From the NCBI GenBank assembly GCA_040377215.1, contig JBEIPE010000001.1, forward strand, positions 1 to 49,739: DNA of 49,739 nucleotides, read 5' to 3'. Source of the DNA: Halobacteriovoraceae bacterium. Its GTDB lineage: Bacteria > Bdellovibrionota > Bacteriovoracia > Bacteriovoracales > Bacteriovoracaceae. This document shows positions 8,562-17,152 of the stretch, piece after piece (positions within the stretch are counted from its first letter, which is position 1; every line of letters starts with the position of its first letter). Both the position numbers and the translations under genes were made by a program. The notes under the pieces were generated by a model that made no database searches, was not told where the DNA came from, and worked only from the letters and a program-made list of their open reading frames with translations.

Positions 8562-9319
8562 TAGCCAAACACCCCTTCAATATAATCGTGTGTGCGCTTA
8601 TCGTTTACCTGACCAGCAAAGATGCGCTCGTTGGTGTCGATATCAATCAAGCGACCCTCGAGCATCATTGCGGTGCGATTACCTAGGCGGCGAGCTTGGT
8701 GGATCACGTTGGTAACACAAACGATGGTCATATCTTTCTTGAGCTCCATGAGCACTTCTTCAATCTTCATTGTGGTTACAGGGTCAATCGCGATGGAAAA
8801 CTCATCCAAAAAGAGAACTTCCGGACTATGAGATAGGGCGCGAGCAATAGTGAGGCGCTGTTGTTGCCCACCAGAGAGTTTAGTGGCCAAGCCATCGAGG
8901 CGATCTTTCACTTCGTCCCATAGTGCAGCTTTTTTCAAGCAGTCTTGGGCTATTTCTTCCAGACGAGTTTTATCTTTTTCGCCGGCCATACGAGGGGCGA
9001 ACGTAACGTTGTCGAGGATACTCATCGGCAAGCCGACAGGAAGGGGTGACACCATGCCAACGCGCTGGCGTAACCAAGTCGAGTCTTGCGTTTCGTAGAT
9101 GTCTTCACCGTCTAAGAGAATTTTCCCACTGACTTTGCAGTCAGAGATGAAATCCGTCATGCGGTTGAGCGATTTCAAGAAGCTGGACTTACCTGAGTTC
9201 GCAGGGCCAATGATGGCCAGCACTTCGTTTTCATAAACATCAAGAGTAGCGTCTTCAATGGCGACACTCGTTCCGTAGCTGACGCGAAGATTTTTGATTT
9301 CAAGTTTCTTTTTCACCAT
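8561..9319 (-). CDS. PstB-like ATP-binding protein, degenerate paralog
   Basis: Walker A GPANSGKSS, signature LSGGQQQRL, Walker B LFLDEFSIAIDP and C-terminus THDYIEGVFG. The Q-loop Gln is absent (VGMVSPLPVG) and the H-loop His is replaced (VCVTNVIH). TAATG overlap with pstB. Confidence 0.85.
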   Translation of the reverse strand: MVKKKLEIKNLRVSYGTSVAIEDATLDVYENEVLAIIGPANSGKSSFLKSLNRMTDFISDCKVSGKILLDGEDIYETQDSTWLRQRVGMVSPLPVGLPMSILDNVTFAPRMAGEKDKTRLEEIAQDCLKKAALWDEVKDRLDGLATKLSGGQQQRLTIARALSHSPEVLFLDEFSIAIDPVTTMKIEEVLMELKKDMTIVCVTNVIHQARRLGNRTAMMLEGRLIDIDTNERIFAGQVNDKRTHDYIEGVFG

Positions 9320-10182
9320 TTTCTCCGAGAGCGGAAGTACCAGCGCATGGCCACGCTGATCGAGTTCACAATCAATACCATCATAATGAGAACCAAGGCC
9401 GTCGCGTACGGATAAGCCTCAGGAACTCCTACAACTTGAGTTGAGATGGTAAAGAGGTGCATTGAAAGTGACATACACTGCTCAAACACGTTCACCGGCA
9501 AGAATGGCAAGTAGAACGCGACACCAGTGAAGAGGATGGCGGCGGTTTCACCCGCGGCGCGAGAAACAGCGAACACCATGCCCGTCAAAATTCCAGGGAT
9601 GGAGTTCGGCAAAACAATATGGCGGATAGTTTGTAGTTTAGAAGCCCCGACGTTCCACGAAGCTTCGCGGAATGAGCGAGGAACGGCCTGGAGTGATTCA
9701 AGAGTAGAGGTGATGATCACCGGCAAGTTCATCACGGCCAACGTACAAGACGCAGCCAGAATAGACGTTCCCATACGAAGGAAGAGTACGAAGGCACCTA
9801 AGCCGAAAAGTGCGTGCACAATGGAGGGAACGCCCGCAAGATTCAAAATACAGAGACGAATAATGCGAGTCGAGAGATTGTCCGGGGCGTATTCAGAAAG
9901 ATAAATCGCTGCCAAAATACCCAATGGAGCTGAGATCAAAACACAGATCGTCACGAGCCAGATGGTTCCGATGATTGTTGGAAAAATTCCACCCGCGGTC
10001 ATTCCACGAATGGGATCTTGCAAGAGGAAGTCCATCGATAGCGCAGGAGCGCCTTTGACAAACAACCAGCCCACAATCATAAGTGCGGGCAAGAAAATAC
10101 CGACGGTCAAAGTAGAGAGGGCCGCTTTGAAACGTTCCTCTTTCTTCGTTTTATCTATGAGACGCTGATTGGCCGCAAACAT
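9313..10182 (-). CDS. pstA: Phosphate ABC transporter permease PstA
   Basis: Multi-pass membrane protein with the EAA-type loop (EASWNVGASKLQTIRHIVLP...SRAAGETAAILFTG). Position in the operon fits. Overlaps the next gene by 7 nt (ATGGTGA). Confidence 0.9.
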   Translation of the reverse strand: MFAANQRLIDKTKKEERFKAALSTLTVGIFLPALMIVGWLFVKGAPALSMDFLLQDPIRGMTAGGIFPTIIGTIWLVTICVLISAPLGILAAIYLSEYAPDNLSTRIIRLCILNLAGVPSIVHALFGLGAFVLFLRMGTSILAASCTLAVMNLPVIITSTLESLQAVPRSFREASWNVGASKLQTIRHIVLPNSIPGILTGMVFAVSRAAGETAAILFTGVAFYLPFLPVNVFEQCMSLSMHLFTISTQVVGVPEAYPYATALVLIMMVLIVNSISVAMRWYFRSRRKW

Positions 10183-10183
10183 A

Positions 10184-11119
10184 TTATTTCAGCCTCTTTC
10201 CGCGCACGAGGCGATCGGCCAAGATGTTAATCACAAATGAAAGGATGAAGAGGTAGAGACCGATGGCAAAGAGCGACTGGTAGTGCTCGCCACCTTTCGG
10301 AGCTTCACCAAGTTCAGCAGCAATAGTCGCAGTAAGAGTTCTCACGGGGTCAAAAACGCTAGTAGGAAAACGAATCGAGTGACCGGTGGCCATCAAGACC
10401 GCCATGGTTTCACCAAGAGCACGACCAACGCCTAAGAGTGCCGCGGCCATAAGTCCGTTTTTAGCAGCAGGAAGCAGGACACGTGTCGCGACTTCCCACT
10501 TTGTCGCGCCCATGGCTTCAGCGGCTTCACGGTAAGATTCTGGAACAGCACGAAGTGCATCTTCGCCGATCGAAACAATCAAAGGCAGAGACATCAAGGC
10601 CAGAATAATTGAGGCATTGAGGATGTTGAGACCACTCGGAATTTGGAACACATCAATCAGCAAAGGATTGATGATCACGATGGCGATAAAGCCCCACACC
10701 ACAGAGGGAATCGCTGCCAAGAATTCGATGAGAATTTTGTAGGTTTCGCGGAGACGTGGTGGGCAGAACTCCGAAATATAGAAGGCACAGGCAAGTCCAA
10801 CTGGAACAGCAATCACCATGGAAACGATGGTGACGCTCATGGTTCCGGCCAACAGGGCGAGTGTGCCGTATTCAATCTTTTCCACCGATGCGGGAACCCA
10901 GTTCCCGCTGGTGAAAAATTCGACGAAATCAAAGCTCCCGAACAGGAAACCCGCTGACTCACGCAAGATGAAGATAAGAATACCGACAACGAAGATGATT
11001 CCCGACATACCGCCGGCCTTAATCAATCCTTCGATGATTCGCTCAGACCACGGACGCTGGTTGCGGCGAACCGGTTTTACTTTTGCTTGAGTCATGGGGA
11101 GTACCTGTACCTTATCCAT
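10184..11119 (-). CDS. pstC: Phosphate ABC transporter permease PstC
   Basis: Membrane protein with EAAEAMGATKWEVATRVLLPAAK...GRALGETMAVLMATG. Lies between pstS and pstA. Confidence 0.9.
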   Translation of the reverse strand: MDKVQVLPMTQAKVKPVRRNQRPWSERIIEGLIKAGGMSGIIFVVGILIFILRESAGFLFGSFDFVEFFTSGNWVPASVEKIEYGTLALLAGTMSVTIVSMVIAVPVGLACAFYISEFCPPRLRETYKILIEFLAAIPSVVWGFIAIVIINPLLIDVFQIPSGLNILNASIILALMSLPLIVSIGEDALRAVPESYREAAEAMGATKWEVATRVLLPAAKNGLMAAALLGVGRALGETMAVLMATGHSIRFPTSVFDPVRTLTATIAAELGEAPKGGEHYQSLFAIGLYLFILSFVINILADRLVRGKRLK

Positions 11120-11979
11120 TACTGAACCGGAACGAAGCCTGAATTTTTTGTAATGGTCTTAGCTGCATCTGTCTTGATCCAGTCTAAGAAAGCCTGAACT
11201 TCAGGCTTTGGCGTGCCCACTGTGTACATAAAAAGTTCACGTGAGATCGGGTAAGATTTGTTTAGGGCATTTTCCATGTTCGGAAGAGCGCATGGAGTCG
11301 TCTTGTCTTTAGCAACACAAAGAGACTTCACTTCTTTACCGACGTATCCCATGCCAGTGTAACCGATGGCACATGGAGTTTTGCCGACCATGTCCACACC
11401 TTCACGAGAACCGTTCAGGTCCATTGAGCCTTGCTTGAAGTCTTGAGTTTTACCCAAAACCGCTTCACGGAAATACTCATAAGTTCCAGAGTTTGATTGA
11501 CGTGAGACGCGGATAATTTTGTTGTCTTGGCAGCCTGGAACAACAGTCCCTGGGCGTACGTCACTCCATGTGAGGCATTTGCCGCTTTTGCCGTAGATAC
11601 AGCCGATTTCTTCAAGAGTGAGCTCGGTGATTGGGTTTGCTGGGTGAACGAAAACAGCAAGAGCATCAAGGCCCACGATGTGTTCAGTCACTTTGCCACC
11701 GTTATTTTTTTCTGCGTCGATCTTCTCTTGCTCGTGAATCGCACGAGACGAGTTAGCGATATCAACAGTTCCGTTGATGAGCGCCGCCATACCAGTACCT
11801 GAACCGCCGCCAGAAACGGCGATGCCGACATGAGGAACGATGACCTTGTATTCTTCGGCCCAAGCTTGTGCCAAATTCACGAGAGTATCTGAACCCTTGT
11901 TTTGGATCACGACGTGATTTTGAGAACGGCTGCATGAAGCCACGGCCACTAAAAGTGCGAGGATTGCAAAGCGCATCAT
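11119..11979 (-). CDS. pstS: Phosphate-binding lipoprotein PstS
   Basis: Lipoprotein-type signal MMRFAILALLVAVASC. The motifs GSDTL, SGGGSGTG and SRQSNSGTYEYF are typical of PBP-like phosphate-binding proteins. TAATG overlap with pstC. Confidence 0.9.
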   Translation of the reverse strand: MMRFAILALLVAVASCSRSQNHVVIQNKGSDTLVNLAQAWAEEYKVIVPHVGIAVSGGGSGTGMAALINGTVDIANSSRAIHEQEKIDAEKNNGGKVTEHIVGLDALAVFVHPANPITELTLEEIGCIYGKSGKCLTWSDVRPGTVVPGCQDNKIIRVSRQSNSGTYEYFREAVLGKTQDFKQGSMDLNGSREGVDMVGKTPCAIGYTGMGYVGKEVKSLCVAKDKTTPCALPNMENALNKSYPISRELFMYTVGTPKPEVQAFLDWIKTDAAKTITKNSGFVPVQ

Positions 11980-12057
11980 AAGGACTCCCTTGATTCAGTA
12001 ATAACTGATCAAAGGGATACCTTATCGATGGCAAAAGTAAGAGCGTTTGAGGGCCTC

Positions 12058-12075
12058 TTAACAGAACATTAACAA
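12058..12075 (-). promoter_or_regulatory. Pho-box-like direct repeat upstream of pstS
   Basis: The minus strand reads TTGTTAA-tgtt-CTGTTAA: two 7-bp repeats with 11-bp periodicity, compared with E. coli CTGTCAT-N4-CTGTCAT. It lies about 80-95 nt upstream of the pstS ATG. Confidence 0.35.
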
Positions 12076-12078
12076 AGC

Positions 12079-13137
12079 TTAGAGATAACCCCGCTGCACC
12101 TGGTCACGCTCGATAGCATCAAACAACGCCTGGAAGTTGCCGTTTCCAAATCCCCAATGATTTTTCCGCTGGATATACTCAAAAAATAGCGGCCCGACGC
12201 ATGTTTGCGAGAAAATTTGCAGTAGATAGCCCTCAGGATCGCCATCCACCAACAACCGCAGTTCTTGTAAAGTTTTCACATCTTCGGTGATTTTAAACGG
12301 GCGAGTAGGGATGAGGTCATAGTAAGAATTCGGCACATCAAGGAATTTTAAGTTTCTTCCACGCAATTCACCGACAGTCGAAATGATATCTGGAGTCATC
12401 AGAGCGATGTGTTGAACACCAGGCCCTTTGTGCACATCCAAGAATTCTTGAATCTGACTTTTGCCGCCCTCTTTTTCGGGCTCATTAATGGGAATGATAA
12501 TCGAGTTGTCTTCTAACTGAACAACTTTTGAGTTGAGACCAGTTTTGGAGCCCTTGATATCGAAGTAGCGCGTTTCTACGAAGCCGTATGTGCGTTTGTA
12601 GAATTCTACCCAATGGTCCATCTGACCTTTAGGAACGTTGTTGGTGAGATGATCAATGCGTGACACACGCGTTTTAAGAGGGAGAGCTGCTGGATCAGTG
12701 GCTACGGTTTGAAATCCTGTGCGGAACTCACCGGCACCACGTTCTACGAATTCATTCAGTACATCGCCGAAGCCTTGAATCGAAGCGGTCTTAATTGAAC
12801 CGTGCAATGAGTGAGAAGATGCCACATCTTCTTTGAGAACAGCGCCATTTTTCATGGTCACATCAAGAGCGTTGTCCACTGATTCCACTTGAAAGGAAAT
12901 CTTGCTGACCCCTTCGCCGTGAGCGTTGTAGTAGCGGCGTGATGCGGCTTGGGGATTTTTGTCATCGGTGATGAGAAAGCGAACTTGTCCCTGAGTATAG
13001 AGTCGCTTGTTCGGAGCTTCCGCCGTCAGTGTGAAGCCCATATCGTGAAAAAGCTTGATGGTGGGTGACGAGAAGTCATCTACGGTAAATTCAAGATGAT
13101 CAATGGACTTTAGGCCGGCCGGATTTTTCGCGCGCAT
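12079..13137 (-). CDS. hppD: 4-hydroxyphenylpyruvate dioxygenase
   Basis: Has GVQHIAL and FFEYIQRKNHWGFGNGNFQALFDAIERDQVQRG (the HPPD C-terminal signature). I take the start at ATG 13137, preceded by GAGGAG. The track starts at TTG 13152. Confidence 0.92.
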   Translation of the reverse strand: MRAKNPAGLKSIDHLEFTVDDFSSPTIKLFHDMGFTLTAEAPNKRLYTQGQVRFLITDDKNPQAASRRYYNAHGEGVSKISFQVESVDNALDVTMKNGAVLKEDVASSHSLHGSIKTASIQGFGDVLNEFVERGAGEFRTGFQTVATDPAALPLKTRVSRIDHLTNNVPKGQMDHWVEFYKRTYGFVETRYFDIKGSKTGLNSKVVQLEDNSIIIPINEPEKEGGKSQIQEFLDVHKGPGVQHIALMTPDIISTVGELRGRNLKFLDVPNSYYDLIPTRPFKITEDVKTLQELRLLVDGDPEGYLLQIFSQTCVGPLFFEYIQRKNHWGFGNGNFQALFDAIERDQVQRGYL

Positions 13138-13186
13138 GGGGAATCTCCTCAATTTGAGTCATGATTCCCCTCTGCTGAACAATTGT

Positions 13187-13726
13187 CTAGCGTCTTTTCG
13201 CGGGAGCGCTGCTGCGACCAGGTCGACGGCCAACTGAGCGTTGTTGAGGATGATTCGCCCCGAAACAGTCAGTTTTTTGCATCAAGTAAAAGTAATCAGC
13301 TTCATCTTTCAAGACCTGCGCGACGTGATTTTCCACTGCGCAGATCTCCACACGAACGCCTTCGCTCTTAAGGTGACGAACCAGTTCTACGTAGTCTGAA
13401 TCTCCAGACAAAATGATGATGGTGTCCACCTTTCCAGCCAACTGTGTGGCTTTAATAGAGAGTGGAATATCGGCAGATTTATGACAGGCGCGGACCGAAC
13501 CATAAAATTCAGCATGCAACTTATCAGCGAGACGTGAGGATATGTTTTGCCCCTCACGAAAGTAAATAAGGCGATTTAAGCCGCGACTTCCGAGCAGACG
13601 CGGGACCAGAACGTCAAAGTTGACCATTCGACTGTCAGCGCCATATTCAGTTTCTAAGCTTCGTTCAATGTTATTACCGTCGATCAGTATGGCGACCGTT
13701 TGGCTAACTTGGATTTTTTCGGACAC
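13187..13726 (-). CDS. NYN-domain (LabA/DUF88-like) protein with a basic C-terminal tail
   Basis: VAILIDGNNIE...IIILSGDSDYVELVRHLKSEGVRVEI matches the LabA-like NYN layout. The tail is RSVGRRPGRSSAPAKRR. GTG start with an AAGGAG RBS. Confidence 0.7.
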   Translation of the reverse strand: MSEKIQVSQTVAILIDGNNIERSLETEYGADSRMVNFDVLVPRLLGSRGLNRLIYFREGQNISSRLADKLHAEFYGSVRACHKSADIPLSIKATQLAGKVDTIIILSGDSDYVELVRHLKSEGVRVEICAVENHVAQVLKDEADYFYLMQKTDCFGANHPQQRSVGRRPGRSSAPAKRR

Positions 13727-13771
13727 AGTGTTTCTCCTTACCGTAAAATAACGGTGTTAAACGGGGGATGA

Positions 13772-16700
13772 ATGGCAGCTAAAATCCTGAATGGGAACGA
13801 GTTATTGATCCAGGGAGGATTGGAGGCCGGGTTTCATTTATACACCGGCTATCCCGGGTCCCCGCTGGCCGATTTTTTCAATATTCTCTACGAAAGAAAA
13901 GACGAGCTGCACGGCAAAGGCATCCGTGTTGTCATAGCGAACTCTGAAGCAAATGCGGCAGCGATGGCTTCAGGTGCAAAAATGGCAGGACAAAACGTCC
14001 TGGTCGCCATGAAGTCTATGGGTCTGCATGTGGCCGCTGATGCATTGTCTGTAGGTAATTTTGCGAATCCAGGTTTAGTCGATGCCCAAGGACACAAGTC
14101 TGGCGTCGTGATTGCTGTGGGTGATGATCCTTGGTCCATTTCGACATCAACTCCCGCTGACTCTCGTTACTTGTATAAACATCTGCATATTCCGTTTCTT
14201 GAACCGTCGACTCCGCAAGAGTTGAAAGACTGGATGAAGGCCGCCCTTGAGCTTTCTCGTGAGTCGAGCATCTATGTGGGTATCTTGCTGACGACCTTTA
14301 TGGCGGAAGGTGGCGGGCGAGTCGAGATTGGCAGTGAAGTGCAAGTCGCTCATGGACCAGTCACTTTAGATCCTTCGAAATTTAATCTCAGTGAAAATGT
14401 CATGGTGCCGCCGAACTCATTGGGTGCTGATATTCGCATGATGCAAGATCGCTTTCCGAAATTCTTGCAGGCCCTGCAGTCAAAAAATCTTGATAAGACC
14501 TTCGGCGATGCCTCTTCATCATTTGGCATTGTCTCAACTGGTGCTGTGTTTGAAACACTCAAACAAGTTCTCGAAGAGGCGGGATTACTCTCGCAAGTGC
14601 ATCTCTACAAATGTGCTGGCGCTTACGCTTTGAATGAAATGACCTTGCTGCCCTTTTTGCAAAAGCACGAGCGCGTTCTCGTAGTCGAAGAGAAGCGCGG
14701 GTTCCTCGAGGCAGAGATCAATGATCTTTGCGTTCGTTCAGGGCTTTCACGCACCGTATGGGGCAAAACTTTTGGAACAGCACCAGGCTTTCCGGCCCAC
14801 GGTGGTCTAAACTGTGAAGGTGTGCGTAAAGGACTTCGTGAATCACTAGGTGCATGGGGTTTTGAAACCACCAAGCTCATGAGCTTTGTGCCGACGAAGA
14901 TTGATCTCACCGTTCCGAAACGTTTGCCAACGTTTTGTCCGGGCTGTCCGCACCGTGAAACGCTATCGATCATGAAAGAGATCCGTAAGGATCTGGCAGA
15001 GAAGAACATCAATCTCGTCTCACACGGAGACGTAGGTTGTTATTCGCTCTCGTTCCTTGAACCGTTTAAAGAAATGCACGATCTGTCGGCCATGGGTCAA
15101 GGCGGGGCACTCGGCGCTGGTACAGATTTGTTCACCAACAATCCTTCCGTCGTGTTGATGGGGGACTCGACCTTCTTCCATTCTGGTATGACTTCCATCT
15201 CTAATTCAGTTCAGATGGGACATAACATTACGTACATTTTGCTGGATAACGACAACACCGCGATGACAGGCCATCAACAAACGCCACGTTCAGGTATGTC
15301 GGTGGAAGGTGTCGTTCGTCCGCGCCAGAGCATGCTGGACGTTGCCCGTTCTTTGCAGGTTGCCGAGGCCGTGGAGATCAATCCTTCCGATCGTTATTTC
15401 TATAAAAACCTTATGACTGATTACGTGCTCAAGCCTGGCGTGAAGGTCATCGTTTCTAACAAAGAGTGCGGACTCACATTCCACGGTCGCAAGAAACGTG
15501 AAGAGCGTGCGATCTTCAAAAAGGGTGAGACTGAATCGGTCCGAGGGTTTTATCAGATCAATACTTTGGCCTGTGAAGACTGCCGTGTGTGCGTGGAGAT
15601 GACCGGGTGTCCTGGTCTTTCTCAAACCCAAGATGCTTACGGCCCGAAAGTTATGATCGATCCACAGATCTGTGTGTCCGATTCTTACTGCACAAAACTC
15701 AAGGCCTGCCCGAGTTTTGAATTAGTTGAAGTTAAAAATTACCATCCTACAAAATACCAAGACTCACGCGAAGCCGTGAAGCTCTCGAGCATCACAGCTC
15801 CGGAAGTGAAGCTCTCGCTGGCTTCGATAGCCGCCGGTCATGATTGGCGTGCGATTGTTATCGGCGTGGGTGGGTCAGGTGTCACCACCATCTCACGTGT
15901 CATCGCCGAGGCTGCGCAGGGCATGGGTGGGCGTGATGATCTCGATTTCAAGTTTGTAGATCAGAAGGGCCTCGCGCAACGGAACGGTAGTGTGACCAGT
16001 CACTTGGCACTCTATCCAAAAAACCGCTCTCATGGGCAAGTGGTTCCGGAAGCTTCAGCAGCTGTCGTGGTTTCTCCAGATTTGCTTGAAGGCGCACGCG
16101 CTTTGAGCTTTCTGGCCGACGACGGAGTGTTGATCCTTGATGAAGATTTTCAAGTGCCTCTTTCTCTCATGCTCGATAAGGGCCGCGAAGTGGCGCCGAT
16201 GACCGCAGAGCAAATGCGCGAAGAGCTGCGCTCTAAACTGGGCGAGCGTTTGATCATGGGTCCTTTCAAGCAACTATGTTTTGAGCGCTTCCAGCGTCCC
16301 GTATACGCTTCGGCTATGCTCCTTGGTGTAATGTTCCAGAGCGGGCGTCTACCATTCAGTGAAGCTGATATGCAAAGTGCCTTTAAGGGCGCCATTCCAG
16401 GAGGAGAATTTGCTCCGAACTGGGAAGCCTTTAATTGGGGCCGTACCTGGTGGCTTGAGGGCGGAACAGAAAAACCGAAGTCGCAAGCAGATGTGATTCC
16501 CTTGATGTCGCTGTCGGTAAACTTCAGTCGCTATCCTTGGCAAAATGGTCAGCGCTTAGTGAATCTCTTTAATTCTTATCGACGCGAAGGCGAAAGTATT
16601 TTGCCTCATATCCCACGTGAACACTGGGCGCAGTATGTCCATGATCAAATTGTCTTCAACCATGGCGTGCAGCTCGGTCAATTTATGGCCGATGTACGGA

Positions 16701-17152
16701 CCATTGCAGGTTTTGCTTTAAGTGAAGAAGAGAGCACCATAGCCGTTCGAGCGCTGGCGAAAACATATTGGGTTAAAGATGAAGTGTTTGTTTCTCATTT
16801 GATGACCTCACCGCAAAAAAAGGCCATGGATCGCGCGCGCTACTCCAAGCTGGGAACAGGATTTAAAGTGGTGCATATCAATCGCCCTGCCTTCAATATT
16901 GCTGGCAAAAAAATTGAGTTCGATTTTAGTCCGACCCGCTGGATGCTGAAGATCATGCGTCGTTTGCGCGTATTGCGATTGCTTATGCCTCAGTGGCATG
17001 CGCAAGAGCGTGCTATCGCACAGTCGATCCGCGAGAAGATTCTCGCACTCGAGACTGTAAGTGCTGGTTCACGTCGCCAACTTCTAGTCGACCTGGACAA
17101 TATTAAGGGATACCGCGAAGTTCGTTACGCCAAAGCGGCCGGACATGTCTAG
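13772..17152 (+). CDS. Indolepyruvate:ferredoxin oxidoreductase family protein (fused alpha/beta, 1126 aa)
   Basis: N-terminal LNGNELLIQGGLEAGFHLYTGYPGSPL, TPP motif GDSTFFHSG...LDNDNTAMTGHQ, and Cys clusters (CEDCRVCVEMTGCP, CVSDSYCTKLKACP). The large single-chain size is typical of this family. Confidence 0.9.
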   Translation: MAAKILNGNELLIQGGLEAGFHLYTGYPGSPLADFFNILYERKDELHGKGIRVVIANSEANAAAMASGAKMAGQNVLVAMKSMGLHVAADALSVGNFANPGLVDAQGHKSGVVIAVGDDPWSISTSTPADSRYLYKHLHIPFLEPSTPQELKDWMKAALELSRESSIYVGILLTTFMAEGGGRVEIGSEVQVAHGPVTLDPSKFNLSENVMVPPNSLGADIRMMQDRFPKFLQALQSKNLDKTFGDASSSFGIVSTGAVFETLKQVLEEAGLLSQVHLYKCAGAYALNEMTLLPFLQKHERVLVVEEKRGFLEAEINDLCVRSGLSRTVWGKTFGTAPGFPAHGGLNCEGVRKGLRESLGAWGFETTKLMSFVPTKIDLTVPKRLPTFCPGCPHRETLSIMKEIRKDLAEKNINLVSHGDVGCYSLSFLEPFKEMHDLSAMGQGGALGAGTDLFTNNPSVVLMGDSTFFHSGMTSISNSVQMGHNITYILLDNDNTAMTGHQQTPRSGMSVEGVVRPRQSMLDVARSLQVAEAVEINPSDRYFYKNLMTDYVLKPGVKVIVSNKECGLTFHGRKKREERAIFKKGETESVRGFYQINTLACEDCRVCVEMTGCPGLSQTQDAYGPKVMIDPQICVSDSYCTKLKACPSFELVEVKNYHPTKYQDSREAVKLSSITAPEVKLSLASIAAGHDWRAIVIGVGGSGVTTISRVIAEAAQGMGGRDDLDFKFVDQKGLAQRNGSVTSHLALYPKNRSHGQVVPEASAAVVVSPDLLEGARALSFLADDGVLILDEDFQVPLSLMLDKGREVAPMTAEQMREELRSKLGERLIMGPFKQLCFERFQRPVYASAMLLGVMFQSGRLPFSEADMQSAFKGAIPGGEFAPNWEAFNWGRTWWLEGGTEKPKSQADVIPLMSLSVNFSRYPWQNGQRLVNLFNSYRREGESILPHIPREHWAQYVHDQIVFNHGVQLGQFMADVRTIAGFALSEEESTIAVRALAKTYWVKDEVFVSHLMTSPQKKAMDRARYSKLGTGFKVVHINRPAFNIAGKKIEFDFSPTRWMLKIMRRLRVLRLLMPQWHAQERAIAQSIREKILALETVSAGSRRQLLVDLDNIKGYREVRYAKAAGHV

